Shown piece by piece: positions 45,885 through 56,571 of a stretch of DNA of 64,000 nt. The translations under genes were made by a program, and so were the position numbers. Under the pieces are notes generated by a model. It worked only from the letters and a program-made list of their open reading frames with translations. It had not been told where the DNA came from and ran no database searches. The DNA is from an uncultured Alphaproteobacteria bacterium (lineage in GTDB: Bacteria > Pseudomonadota > Alphaproteobacteria > Methylaequorales > Methylaequoraceae), in contig CACCYL010000004.1 in the NCBI GenBank assembly GCA_902550225.1, forward strand, positions 26,975 to 90,974, read 5' to 3'. Numbering within the stretch: position 1 is the first letter of the stretch; every line of letters begins with the position of its first letter.

Positions 45885-47300
45885 TTAAAATTTAGCATGC
45901 AGTCTAGCTTGGATGGACGTCATAGTGTGTCTTCTGTCCGCTCTATTGGCATCGCTATAAAAGTCATTGTGCCCACCTAAATACGTACCTCTAGTTGCAT
46001 CGACCATCAATCTAACATTGCTGTTGAAATAGTGATTTAGCCCAATGTGAACTGCCTTACCATGCGTACCGTTTAAACCATTTAATTCACTGTCTCTGGT
46101 ATCGATCGATTCAAGCATAAATTTGGCTGCAGTACATCCGAATTTAGCTTTACATTTTACGCCACCAATTTTACCTTTTTTTGAACTTATTTTGACCGTA
46201 GCATCACTATTGAAGAAATATTGACCATAAATAGATCCTCCTTCTGCACTGTAATCATCATAAGTGGTGTAACCGTCTCTGCGCTCGCCTGTAATCCAAT
46301 AATACTCTGTAGCTAAATAGTATCTTCCATTAGAGTATTGGAATTGAGGTCCTCCATAGTGATAGCTAGTTATGTTAGTAATAGAGCTATCGACAATTTT
46401 TTCTCCAAGTGTATGCACTCCATTTTGTCGGAAGGAAACGCTTCGTGTGTGATCATTTAGTGGTCTTTCCACTTGCCAAGAGGCTCCCAGTAACCATGTA
46501 TCTTTTCCTCCTATGAATTGATCAAAAAGACCTTTACCAGTATAGTGAGCTGCAATTGAGTGGTTCCAAGTAACTTCACCACCATCACCATCTTCTTGCT
46601 CAAGTCTCCATGCACCCTCATTACCATAGCCAATAAGTAACGCTCTTACATGAAATCCCTTCGGAAAAAGTGCCCCACCATTATCATAATGAAGGCCAGC
46701 TCTATGCGCTAGATTTGCAAACTCATTATACATTGGGCGTTCCATCATCAAAATACTATTTGAACTTGTGTTCTCCCAATATCCTCCAGCTGATTTAGCG
46801 TTACCAAACATGAAAGAACCAATTCCTTTGATTTTCTTTTTGATAAGAGCATCTTTTACATCAACACCTTTAGTGCCTCCAGCACTGCCTCCACTGTCAT
46901 CTCCTATTGTTTCAGCAAAATCTGGTTGAAAGGCCAAACTCCAACCATCGCCTAAACCTACTTTAAGTGAAAATCTAAGTCTTCTAAATTCAGCACCAAA
47001 ACTATCGAATTTATTTGCATGACCAACCGAACTATCATTAGTCATACCATCTATGTGAGAAATATCATACATAGCTCTACCTTTAATCTGGAAAGAATAC
47101 TTTCCATCAGAACTTTCAATACTAAGTCCTTTTCCTTTCTTAAAGAAAGCCTTGTTATTAGTACCTTGATTCATTTCTTGTTTCATTTTTAGAATTTCGT
47201 TTTGCAGTGCATCGATCTGTGCACCAACGTCTTGTGCCTTGGCGTTTGTAATCAGACCGCTTACAGCCATGATTGCAATACCCGAGTATAATTTTTTCAT
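45885..47300 (-). CDS. Outer-membrane beta-barrel porin, probably phosphate-selective (OprO/P-like)
   Basis: 471 aa. Signal peptide ending AKA-QD, short coiled coil, alternating beta-strand pattern, terminal ...RLHAKF. GAGGGA Shine-Dalgarno. Pho box upstream. The barrel call is firm; the OprO/P assignment is tentative. Confidence 0.6.
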   Translation of the reverse strand: MKKLYSGIAIMAVSGLITNAKAQDVGAQIDALQNEILKMKQEMNQGTNNKAFFKKGKGLSIESSDGKYSFQIKGRAMYDISHIDGMTNDSSVGHANKFDSFGAEFRRLRFSLKVGLGDGWSLAFQPDFAETIGDDSGGSAGGTKGVDVKDALIKKKIKGIGSFMFGNAKSAGGYWENTSSNSILMMERPMYNEFANLAHRAGLHYDNGGALFPKGFHVRALLIGYGNEGAWRLEQEDGDGGEVTWNHSIAAHYTGKGLFDQFIGGKDTWLLGASWQVERPLNDHTRSVSFRQNGVHTLGEKIVDSSITNITSYHYGGPQFQYSNGRYYLATEYYWITGERRDGYTTYDDYSAEGGSIYGQYFFNSDATVKISSKKGKIGGVKCKAKFGCTAAKFMLESIDTRDSELNGLNGTHGKAVHIGLNHYFNSNVRLMVDATRGTYLGGHNDFYSDANRADRRHTMTSIQARLHAKF

Positions 47301-47344
47301 AATATTCCCTCGTAAAGTTAAAAAGATAAAATTAGTAATCTTTT

Positions 47345-47361
47345 GTTACAAATTTATGACA
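47345..47361 (-). promoter_or_regulatory. Pho box upstream of the porin gene
   Basis: The minus strand reads TGTCATAAATT TGTAAC, 44 nt upstream of the ATG. Confidence 0.6.
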
Positions 47362-47456
47362 AACAAGCCTTTAACGAAATTAAAACAAGTTTGTTGCAAA
47401 AAAACAACAACAACAATTTATATCAACAAAATAACACTAAATTAAAAGACAATTTT

Positions 47457-48716
47457 TTAAGAAGATTTGTATTTTTCAAACGTTATAGAAAATGATGACC
47501 CTTTGTTAACTTCGGATTGAATATTTAATTGTGCATTATGTCTGTTTAAAATATGTTTGACAATTGAGAGACCAAGTCCGGTATGACCAGTATCTCTTGG
47601 TCTTGAGGTATCAATTCTATAGAACCTTTTGGTCAGCATTGGAATATTTTGATTTGAAATTCCAATGCCAAAATCTTGCACAAGAAACACTACGGTATTT
47701 AGTTTTGTCATTAATTTTATTAGTACAGGTTTCTTGGACTGACTGTGGGTTAAAGCATTTTCTATGATATTAAAAAAAACTTGCTCTAATTCTGATTCAT
47801 CACCAATAATCTCAGTTTTTCTTTTAGGAATTGAAAACTGATATTTTGTTTTGCTCAAAAACTTTCTTTCTTTACATATTTTTCGAATATTTTCCAAAAT
47901 TTCGTTAAGATTAACCTTGCCTTCAGGGGGGATATATTCAATCCTTTCAATTCGTGTAAGAGAAAGGAGATCTTTAACTAACGATGACATTCGGCTAGCT
48001 TCATTGAACATAGTTTTAAGGAATTCTTCCTTTTTTGAATTTTTTTTGGGAGACTCATTTATTAAAGTCTCACAGTATCCAATAATTGATGCAATTGGAG
48101 TTTTTAATTCATGACTAGCATTTGCTATAAAATCTCTCTGAATATTCTGAATATTGTGTTGAGATGTCGCATCAAATAGTCTGATGAAATTTAATTTATT
48201 TTTACCCAAATCTCTTCGTCCTGAAACCCAAATATTAAAGATTTTTTCCTTTGGATAAATTAAATTCAACTCTTTCTCAACAGGTCTCTTTTGTTTAACA
48301 GATTCATCGATAAGCGAGCTAAGTTCTGGTATTCTAATAGCTGAGAAAATATTTTTTTGCTTTGAATCTTCTCCAAAAAAATTAATTGCTTGTTCATTCA
48401 TTTCAATAATTATGTTGTTTTGGTCAATTATCAGAAGGGGATCAGGAAAAAATTGAAAAAAATAGTCATAGAAAAAAATTCTCAACCTTGAGAACTTCGA
48501 TTTTTCATTAAGATTTTTTATTATTAAATTAAGATTAAAAATTAGCGGTTGAAAAAGATTAAAGAAAAAAACCTTATCCGATCTAACTGCATTCCCTTTA
48601 AAATTTTGCAGCGATTTACTAATAATCTTCAAATCTTTTATGAAAATTATTAGCAAGATTAAGGATACAACAAACAAAAAAAGAAATACAATAATTATAT
48701 CTTTATGAACAAACAT
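47457..48716 (-). CDS. phoR: Phosphate regulon sensor histidine kinase PhoR
   Basis: 419 aa. N-terminal TM, PAS-like segment, H-box FIANASHELKTP, and N/G boxes (NIIENALTHS, DFGIGI, GLGLSIVK). Lies in the Pho neighbourhood. Confidence 0.85.
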   Translation of the reverse strand: MFVHKDIIIVFLFLFVVSLILLIIFIKDLKIISKSLQNFKGNAVRSDKVFFFNLFQPLIFNLNLIIKNLNEKSKFSRLRIFFYDYFFQFFPDPLLIIDQNNIIIEMNEQAINFFGEDSKQKNIFSAIRIPELSSLIDESVKQKRPVEKELNLIYPKEKIFNIWVSGRRDLGKNKLNFIRLFDATSQHNIQNIQRDFIANASHELKTPIASIIGYCETLINESPKKNSKKEEFLKTMFNEASRMSSLVKDLLSLTRIERIEYIPPEGKVNLNEILENIRKICKERKFLSKTKYQFSIPKRKTEIIGDESELEQVFFNIIENALTHSQSKKPVLIKLMTKLNTVVFLVQDFGIGISNQNIPMLTKRFYRIDTSRPRDTGHTGLGLSIVKHILNRHNAQLNIQSEVNKGSSFSITFEKYKSS

Positions 48717-48755
48717 GAAAATGATTTAATATTTTGTATACTAATTTAAATTAAT

Positions 48756-51437
48756 ATGAAATTAAAACAACCTGATATAAAAGGTTTCAATCCATTAGAC
48801 ACAATTAATGAAAAGTCTAAACCTACTCCAATGATGCAACAATATTTGGAGGTAAAATCAAGACATAAAGAATACTTATTGTTTTATAGAATGGGAGACT
48901 TTTACGAGCTTTTTTTTGAGGACGCCATTCAAGCTTCTTCCGCATTAGGTATTGCTCTCACAAAGAGAGGAAAATTAAATGATAAGGATATTCCAATGTG
49001 CGGAGTTCCAGCACATGCATCCCAAAACTATTTATCAAGATTAATAAATCAAGGTTATAAAGTTGCAGTCGCGGAACAGTTGGAAACAAAAGATGACCAA
49101 ATTACTTCATCAAAAAATAAAAAAATTTTTACAAGAGATGTCGTAAGAATTATTACACCTGGGACAATATTAGATGATTCTCTTCTTGATTCAAAAATAA
49201 ACAATCATCTTTTAAGTATCTCGATCATAAAGGGAGATATATCAATATCCTGGTCTGATATGTCAACGGGTGTGATAAAGCTTCAAAGAGTTAAAGGCAA
49301 GAATTCAATTAATGAGCTTTATGAATTGATAAATAAAATTGCTCCTGAGGAAATAATTATTTCAGATAAAATAGATAAAATAAAATTGCTCGACTCAAAA
49401 TTTAATTATCTGGAGAAGAAAATTTCAAAAGTTCCTAGCAATTTTTTTGATTTTGAAAGTAATAAATCTAAAATAAAAGAATTTTTTAAGCGATCGTTTA
49501 TTGAGACGCTGGGCGATTTGAGTGATTCAGATATGAGTGCTCTAGGAGCATTAATACATTATTTAGAACTCACACAAAAACAAAATATTCCTTTAATAAA
49601 TAATTTTGAGTTGGTTGATAAAAAGAATTACATGCAAATTGACCATTTTTCAATAAAAAGTCTGGAACTATTAGAAAAAAATAATGGTCAAAAAGATGGT
49701 TCTCTTCTTAGTGTTATAGACAAAACTAAAACTGCTTCAGGCGGCAGATTAATCAAAGATTTTTTGAAGGCTCCACTTATAGATAAAAATGAAATAAAAA
49801 GAAGGCACCAATTAGTTGAAAACTTGATAAGACACTCAGTTGCAATGGAACGAATTGTTAATTTTTTGTCGCAACTTTCAGATGTTGAAAGAGCTTTATC
49901 TAGAGTAAGTGCTAATATAAATAACCCTAGAGATCTTTTAATTTTGAAAAACTTCGTGACAAATGCGCATGAAATATTTGAAGAGGTACGAGGTTTTAAA
50001 AGTTCAGAAATGGATCTTCTTTTACCCAACAATCTTTCATTAGAAAAAGCAATGATTCTAGAAAAAGTCATTTCAAATAACATAACAGAAAATCCTCCTA
50101 TTAATTTGCATGATGGAGGAGTATTTAAAAAAGGTGTTAATAGCAAACTTGACTCTCTTAGAGATATTAAAAATCTAAAGCAAAAAGAAATCCTCGACAT
50201 GCAGGAAGAATATGGCCGACTTACAGAAATCACAAATTTAAAAATAAAGTTCAATAATATTCATGGATATTTCGTTGAGGTAACAAATAAAAATGCAAAA
50301 AAAGTAATAAATAATGAAAACTTTAAATTTAATCTAATTCAAAATACTGTAAATAATTCAAGGTTTCAAACAGAAGAACTTAGGAAAGTTTCTGATGAAA
50401 TACTTAATGCTCAAGAGGAATCAATTATACTTGAAAAAGATCTTTATAGTGAGATCTGTCAGAAAATAAACAACGCTAATAAGGAAATTTATCATATTTC
50501 CAAAAAAATTTCGTTCGTAGATGTAATTTCAAGTTTTGCAAGTCTAGCGCTAGATAAGAATTACTGTAGACCAAATATTGTTAGTGAAAATAAAATTGAA
50601 ATAATTGATGGTCGACACCCTGTAGTAGAAGAAAGTTTATTTAAAAATGCGCAGGAATTTACCCCCAATGATTGTGTTATGAGTAAAAACAATTTCGCTT
50701 GGCTTATGACTGGTCCAAATATGGCAGGTAAAAGTACTTTTTTAAGGCAGACTGCAATCATAATTATTTTAAATCAAATTGGTTCATTTGTGCCAGCAAA
50801 GTCAGCTAACCTAGGTGTTTTTGATAAAGTATTTACTAGAATAGGAGCATCAGACAACCTGTCCAAGGGAATGTCAACTTTTATGACAGAAATGATAGAG
50901 ACTTCGAGAATAATCAATGAAGCAACTAAAAACTCACTTGTAATTTTGGATGAGCTTGGAAGAGGAACATCTACAGAAGATGGACTTGCTATAGCGCAAG
51001 CCGTTCTGGAGTTTATATTAAAAGAAATAAATTGCTTAACACTTTTTGCAACGCATTATAAACAGCTTTGCTCTCTATCAAAAGACTATAAATGTCTTGA
51101 ACTAAAAACACTTCAAATTAAAAAATGGAATGATGATATTATTTTTCTTTATAAAGTAATTGATGGGATATCAGAGGGCTCATTTGGTTTGCATGTTGCT
51201 AATATGGCTGGATTAAAAAAACCAATTGTAATTAGATCTAAAGAAATCCTAGATTCATTTGATCCAGAAAAAGATTATAAAGCAACTTCAAAAAAAAATG
51301 ATGACTTTGATGCAAATGATAATACTAACGAAAATAAATTCAATGATCTTCAAAACATGTTAGACAGAGTCAATCTTGATGAGGTTAGTCCTAAAGATGC
51401 ACTAGATATTCTTTATGCTATGAAAAAAAACTTCTAA
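48756..51437 (+). CDS. mutS: DNA mismatch repair protein MutS
   Basis: 893 aa. TPMMQQYLEVK, GDFYELF mismatch-binding motif, Walker A GPNMAGKSTFLRQ, and DELGRGTST. Confidence 0.97.
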   Translation: MKLKQPDIKGFNPLDTINEKSKPTPMMQQYLEVKSRHKEYLLFYRMGDFYELFFEDAIQASSALGIALTKRGKLNDKDIPMCGVPAHASQNYLSRLINQGYKVAVAEQLETKDDQITSSKNKKIFTRDVVRIITPGTILDDSLLDSKINNHLLSISIIKGDISISWSDMSTGVIKLQRVKGKNSINELYELINKIAPEEIIISDKIDKIKLLDSKFNYLEKKISKVPSNFFDFESNKSKIKEFFKRSFIETLGDLSDSDMSALGALIHYLELTQKQNIPLINNFELVDKKNYMQIDHFSIKSLELLEKNNGQKDGSLLSVIDKTKTASGGRLIKDFLKAPLIDKNEIKRRHQLVENLIRHSVAMERIVNFLSQLSDVERALSRVSANINNPRDLLILKNFVTNAHEIFEEVRGFKSSEMDLLLPNNLSLEKAMILEKVISNNITENPPINLHDGGVFKKGVNSKLDSLRDIKNLKQKEILDMQEEYGRLTEITNLKIKFNNIHGYFVEVTNKNAKKVINNENFKFNLIQNTVNNSRFQTEELRKVSDEILNAQEESIILEKDLYSEICQKINNANKEIYHISKKISFVDVISSFASLALDKNYCRPNIVSENKIEIIDGRHPVVEESLFKNAQEFTPNDCVMSKNNFAWLMTGPNMAGKSTFLRQTAIIIILNQIGSFVPAKSANLGVFDKVFTRIGASDNLSKGMSTFMTEMIETSRIINEATKNSLVILDELGRGTSTEDGLAIAQAVLEFILKEINCLTLFATHYKQLCSLSKDYKCLELKTLQIKKWNDDIIFLYKVIDGISEGSFGLHVANMAGLKKPIVIRSKEILDSFDPEKDYKATSKKNDDFDANDNTNENKFNDLQNMLDRVNLDEVSPKDALDILYAMKKNF

Positions 51438-51441
51438 GATA

Positions 51442-54018
51442 ATGGAAGTAAAGCAAAAAATAATTGATAAGGAATTTCAAACGCTTAAAAAAAGATTTCT
51501 CACTAAAAGAGAAAAGATAAAAATTGACTTTTTAAAGCAAAACAAAGCGATTAGTTGCTGTAAAGCTAACTCACAATTGATTGATGAAATTATTATCGAA
51601 ATTAATAAATTGAAAGCAAAACACTTCATCGAATCAAATGTCATTTTCTGTATTTGTGCTGTTGGAGGATACGGAAGAGAATTATTAGCACCCAATTCAG
51701 ATTTAGACCTACTTTTTTTATTTCAAAAAAATGTAAGTGAAGAAAGCAAGAAAAAACTTGTTGAGCTTTTTCTGTTTCCTTTATGGGATTTAGGTTTAAA
51801 CATAGGTTATGCGGTCAGAAATGTTGAGGAATCAATAAAATTATCAAGAAAAGATCATGTGATACAAACTTCAATGTTAGACGCCAGGAACATTTGCGGA
51901 TCGAAGATTTTATTTAATGAATTACAGAAAAACTTTAGAGCAGACATCGTGAAGTATGGAGACAAACTCTTAAGAAATAAGCTAGATGAGAGAAACAAAC
52001 GGGTAATCGAGGTTGGTTATGACTATTTCAAAAATGAACCAAATTTAAAGGAAAGTGAAGGTTCGCTGAGAGATATCAATTTAATTTTCTGGGGTATAAA
52101 TATTTTCAAAATGCTCAATGCTAATGACTTTAAAACATCATCTGATTTGTTATCAATCAAAGAAAAAAAAACATTAAGATCTTCATTAGAATTTTTGTTG
52201 TTATTAAGATGTCATCTTCACTATTTAAGCGAAAGAGCAAATGATAAGCTTTCCTTTGATTTTCAAATCAGTATTTCCAGATTAATTTACAAAATTCCAA
52301 AAAAAATTGCTGTTAAAAATCAAAATCTTTATGTGGAGAAAATGATTAAAAATTATTTTAGCAGTATTAGAGACACTAAAAATTTGACGGAAATTTTTAC
52401 ACAAATAATTGATAAATTACTTAAAAATAAGAGCAAACATCTTGAATTAAACTCCTTAAAGGTAAAACATGAATTCAAACTTGAAGCTTATCTTAAAAAG
52501 GTAGATAAAGGAATTGATAATGGAAACGATAGAAGGCTTGCATTCGAGAACATAAACAAGCTCGCAAGAAAAGAAATTTTTACAGAAAAAAATATAAAAC
52601 TATTTAGAAAAATATTTTTTTCATTGGATAAAAAAAAATTTGTCAATTTATATGAAATAGGAATAGTTTCAAAGTTAATACCTGAATTCTCTAAAATATC
52701 TGATCTTCCCCAATTTGATAGATTTCATTCTTTGTCAGTTGGTCAACATACTATAAAAGCGTTAAACATTTTGAAAGATTTGGAAAAAGGTGAAATGGTA
52801 AATAAAAATTATTCATTTTCCTTTGATGAAATTAAAAAAAATTTAAATAGAAGGTCCCTTTTTTATGCAGCTCTTTTACACGATATTGGAAAAGGTAAAG
52901 GTGGAGAACATAACAAAAAAGGTAAAGAAATTTCAAAAAAAATTGTCTTAAGATTAGGGGAAAATATGACTGTGGCTAAGCAAACTTCAAAACTTGTGTA
53001 TAATCATTCATTACTGAGTGATGTTGCTTTTAAAAAAGACTTTGAAGATCATTCGGTTATAAGACATGTAACACAGAAAATTAAAAACATTCCTTTTTTA
53101 AGATCTTTATTTATTCTTACAGTAACTGACATTTCAGCAGTAGATCAGGGTTTATGGAACAATTGGAAAGCGACATTACTGAGTAAGCTTTTTTTAAAGA
53201 TAGAAAAACAAATTAGGACACCCTCAAAAGTTACAAGTTTGAACAATAAAATATCAAAAATTCAACAAAATATTGTGAAAAGTTCTAGAAAGATCACAAA
53301 GTCCAAGATGTCTGAAATTTCTAAAATCTCCTACCCTAATTATTGGCTACTACAATCTGAGAAAATGATAGCTTACCAGATAGAAAAGTTTCTTTTAAAT
53401 GAGAACATTCATTTTGATTATGTGATTCGAAAATTTAGTAACACTTCATTTTTTGACATTATTATTGTAACAAAGGACAGGCCAGGTCTATTTTTGAATC
53501 TAATATCGATTTTTGTATCTGAAGATTTATCAATCTATGAATCTAGAATCTTTACGTTAGACAATGGAACGGTTATAGATACATTTAAATTATCTTTTAA
53601 TCAAAATAGAAAATATAGTAAATATGATGCCAAAAACTCTTTAAAATCTTTAAATCAAAAAATTAGGGATTTGGGAGAAGGATTAGAATTTAAATTAAAG
53701 GATGACATAAAATCAAAAATCAAGTTTCTTGAAAATAAAGCTGATGTTGAAATTGATAATATTTCTTCTGCAACTTATAGTATTTTGATTGTAAAGACAA
53801 ATAACAGACCTAAGCTTTTGTATGATATTTCAAAAATCCTTTTAAAAAATAAGATTATTATATCAATGGCCAAAATTTCAACTAATGGTGATTTTGTGGA
53901 GGATAGTTTTCATTTAAGAAGTGAATACGGCTCAAAGATTCAAAACAAAACAATGATAACAAAATTAAAGACTGAAATCCAAAATAAACTCAGTCAAAAT
54001 TTAAGTAATGCTATTTAA
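51442..54018 (+). CDS. glnD: [Protein-PII] uridylyltransferase / uridylyl-removing enzyme
   Basis: 858 aa. Nucleotidyltransferase GGYGRELLAPNSDLDLLFL, HD domain (LLHDIGKG), and two C-terminal ACT-like repeats. Confidence 0.9.
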   Translation: MEVKQKIIDKEFQTLKKRFLTKREKIKIDFLKQNKAISCCKANSQLIDEIIIEINKLKAKHFIESNVIFCICAVGGYGRELLAPNSDLDLLFLFQKNVSEESKKKLVELFLFPLWDLGLNIGYAVRNVEESIKLSRKDHVIQTSMLDARNICGSKILFNELQKNFRADIVKYGDKLLRNKLDERNKRVIEVGYDYFKNEPNLKESEGSLRDINLIFWGINIFKMLNANDFKTSSDLLSIKEKKTLRSSLEFLLLLRCHLHYLSERANDKLSFDFQISISRLIYKIPKKIAVKNQNLYVEKMIKNYFSSIRDTKNLTEIFTQIIDKLLKNKSKHLELNSLKVKHEFKLEAYLKKVDKGIDNGNDRRLAFENINKLARKEIFTEKNIKLFRKIFFSLDKKKFVNLYEIGIVSKLIPEFSKISDLPQFDRFHSLSVGQHTIKALNILKDLEKGEMVNKNYSFSFDEIKKNLNRRSLFYAALLHDIGKGKGGEHNKKGKEISKKIVLRLGENMTVAKQTSKLVYNHSLLSDVAFKKDFEDHSVIRHVTQKIKNIPFLRSLFILTVTDISAVDQGLWNNWKATLLSKLFLKIEKQIRTPSKVTSLNNKISKIQQNIVKSSRKITKSKMSEISKISYPNYWLLQSEKMIAYQIEKFLLNENIHFDYVIRKFSNTSFFDIIIVTKDRPGLFLNLISIFVSEDLSIYESRIFTLDNGTVIDTFKLSFNQNRKYSKYDAKNSLKSLNQKIRDLGEGLEFKLKDDIKSKIKFLENKADVEIDNISSATYSILIVKTNNRPKLLYDISKILLKNKIIISMAKISTNGDFVEDSFHLRSEYGSKIQNKTMITKLKTEIQNKLSQNLSNAI

Positions 54019-55573
54019 AATAATTTCTATAGTCGGATCTTTAACATTCTTAAGTAGGATACTTGGTTATTTCAGAGATTTACTTATTGCAAGAGTAATT
54101 GGAGCCGGTTTGATTTCTGACTGTTTTTTTGTAGCTTTTAAATTACCCAATTTGTTCAGAAGAATTTTAGGAGAAGGTGCAATGAATGCTGCGTTCATAC
54201 CTGTGGTTTCAGGAGTAAGGACAAAATCAGGTAAAAAAAGTGCTGACGCTTTTTTTTCAAATATTTTTTCATTTCTTTTAGTCGCACTTTTGGCATTTGT
54301 TCTCATCTTAGAAATTTTCATGCCATTAATAATTACTCTTATTGCACCTGGTTTTTCAGATAACCCTGAAAAATTTAATCATTCAATTAATTTGACAAGA
54401 CTTACATTTCCATTTGTTCTTTTTATTTGTTTAACGTCTCTGATGGGAGCTTATTTAAATACACTGGGAAAATTTGCTTCAATGGCTGTCACCCCGATCA
54501 TTTTAAATTTATCGTTGATTTTTACACTTCTTATCTATTTTAAATCTGAAAATTTATTTTTTATTTCTTCTACATTAAGTTTTGTTGTCTCAATTGCAGG
54601 AATAATTCAAGTCATATGGATGTACTATAATATTCGAAGAAATAAATCTAAGCTTTCCTTAAATTTTTATTTTTTAAAGACATTCAAAAGTGATAAAGAA
54701 ATAACCAAATTTTTTAAGTTATTGTTGCCAGCAATTTTAGGAAATGGTGCTTATCAAATTAATTTGTTGATTGATATGATTCTTGCATCAACACTTCCAG
54801 ACGGTTCCATTTCTTTCTTATACTATGCAGATAGAGTAAATCAACTTCCTTTAGGTGTACTTGGAATTGCAATTGGCACTGCATTGTTACCAGTTTTATC
54901 GTCTCAGGTTAAAAAAAACCAAAAGAAAGAAGCTGAAAAAAGCATTTCTAAAGCAATAAAATTTGGAATTTTATTTTCAATTCCTGCTTTTTTTGGATTG
55001 TTGATTTTTTCAGAAAACATTATCTCATTTCTATTTTTTAGAGGAGCATTTGAATATAAAGATGTTCAAGCAACTAGCTCAGCACTTATAGCGTTGTGCT
55101 GTGGTTTGCCAGCTTTCATTATGATAAAAATTTTAGTTATTCCATTTTTCGCAAATGAAGATACAAAAACTCCTATAAAAATTTCTTTATTTTGTATGTC
55201 AATTAATTTAATACTTAATCTCATCTTAATAAGGGAGTTTCTTCATGTTGGCTTAGCAATTTCAACTTCTGCATCTGCTTGGATAAATTTTATTTTACTT
55301 TTTTATATATTAAACAAAAATCTTAACTACTCTTTTGATATTTCGATTTTTAAAGTATTTCTTAAAGTCTCATTAGCATCACTAACTATGTCTTATATTG
55401 TTTTAAAAACCTATGAGTTTATGATAAATAATTTTGAAATGTATACTTTATATAATACAAATTTTATTCTTATTTTATGTATTATTTTTGGGATAATTAT
55501 TTATTCTGCCCTGATGTATTTTTTAGGAATTAAAGAATTAGAGATAAACAAATGGAAAATTCAGAAAAAGTAA
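54008..55573 (+). CDS. murJ: Lipid II flippase MurJ (MviN)
   Basis: 521 aa polytopic protein. SRILGYFRD, FFVAFKLPNLFRRI..EGA..AAFIPV N-terminal signature. Confidence 0.92.
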   Translation: MLFKIISIVGSLTFLSRILGYFRDLLIARVIGAGLISDCFFVAFKLPNLFRRILGEGAMNAAFIPVVSGVRTKSGKKSADAFFSNIFSFLLVALLAFVLILEIFMPLIITLIAPGFSDNPEKFNHSINLTRLTFPFVLFICLTSLMGAYLNTLGKFASMAVTPIILNLSLIFTLLIYFKSENLFFISSTLSFVVSIAGIIQVIWMYYNIRRNKSKLSLNFYFLKTFKSDKEITKFFKLLLPAILGNGAYQINLLIDMILASTLPDGSISFLYYADRVNQLPLGVLGIAIGTALLPVLSSQVKKNQKKEAEKSISKAIKFGILFSIPAFFGLLIFSENIISFLFFRGAFEYKDVQATSSALIALCCGLPAFIMIKILVIPFFANEDTKTPIKISLFCMSINLILNLILIREFLHVGLAISTSASAWINFILLFYILNKNLNYSFDISIFKVFLKVSLASLTMSYIVLKTYEFMINNFEMYTLYNTNFILILCIIFGIIIYSALMYFLGIKELEINKWKIQKK

Positions 55574-56571
55574 ATAATTTGGTTTTTTCAGGTGTGCAGC
55601 CAACAGGTAATCTTCATTTAGGTAACTATCTCGGGGCAATAAAAAATTGGATTGAACTTCAATCATCAAACAATTGTATTTTTTGTATTGTAGACTTACA
55701 TGCGCTTACTACTTCAGATAGTCGCACACAAATACTTCAAAATACAAGAGAAGTCGCGGCTGCATATATTGCTTCAGGAATAAATCCTAAAAACACAATA
55801 ATTTTTGTTCAATCAAATGTTACAGGACACAGCGAGCTCGCATGGATATTGAGTTGTCATACACCAATTGGCTGGCTTAATAGAATGACTCAATTTAAAG
55901 ATAAAGCAGGAAAAAATAAAGAGAGAGCGCCGTTAGGTTTATATTCATATCCGGTATTAATGGCCGCTGATATTCTTCTTTATAAATCAACACATGTGCC
56001 TGTTGGAGATGATCAAAAACAACACTTGGAATTATCAAGAGATATAGCACAAGCATTTAATAGATATTATCAAAATGATTTTTTCCCAATTCCTGAACCA
56101 ATCATTACTGGAAATGCCACAAGGGTGATGAGTCTAAGAGATGGATTGAAGAAGATGAGTAAATCAGATCCATCAGATCAGTCTAGAATTAATCTTTCTG
56201 ACAATTCTATAGAAATAGAAAAAAAAATTCAGAAAGCTAAAACAGATTCTCATCCGTTCCCAGAACATTTTCAAGATTTGGATGGTCGACCCGAAATCAA
56301 AAACTTAATAAATATATTTTCTGCATTAAATAATGAATCAGTAGATAAAATAATATCTAATTATGTCGACAAAGATTTTAAAATTTTTAAAAAAGATTTA
56401 AGCGATCTTCTTGTAGAAAAAATTTCTTTAATTTCTTCCGAGATGAAGAAGCTTTTAAAAAATGAAGATTATCTTGATTCTATTTTAAAGGACGGAAATC
56501 TTAGAGCGAATGAAATGGCAAATGAAAATTTAACAAAATTAAAAAACATAATCGGACTTTTTAAATCATGA
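55552..56571 (+). CDS. trpS: Tryptophan--tRNA ligase
   Basis: 339 aa. GVQPTGNLHLGNYLG (HIGH-type) and KKMSKSD (KMSKS). Confidence 0.95.
   Translation: MENSEKVNNLVFSGVQPTGNLHLGNYLGAIKNWIELQSSNNCIFCIVDLHALTTSDSRTQILQNTREVAAAYIASGINPKNTIIFVQSNVTGHSELAWILSCHTPIGWLNRMTQFKDKAGKNKERAPLGLYSYPVLMAADILLYKSTHVPVGDDQKQHLELSRDIAQAFNRYYQNDFFPIPEPIITGNATRVMSLRDGLKKMSKSDPSDQSRINLSDNSIEIEKKIQKAKTDSHPFPEHFQDLDGRPEIKNLINIFSALNNESVDKIISNYVDKDFKIFKKDLSDLLVEKISLISSEMKKLLKNEDYLDSILKDGNLRANEMANENLTKLKNIIGLFKS

Noticed and set aside
47395-47425. TTGTTG-caaaaaaa-CAACAA hairpin as a phoR terminator.
   Set aside because: The 6-bp all-A/T-rich stem has a long loop and no clear T-run on the minus strand, so it is too weak to annotate.
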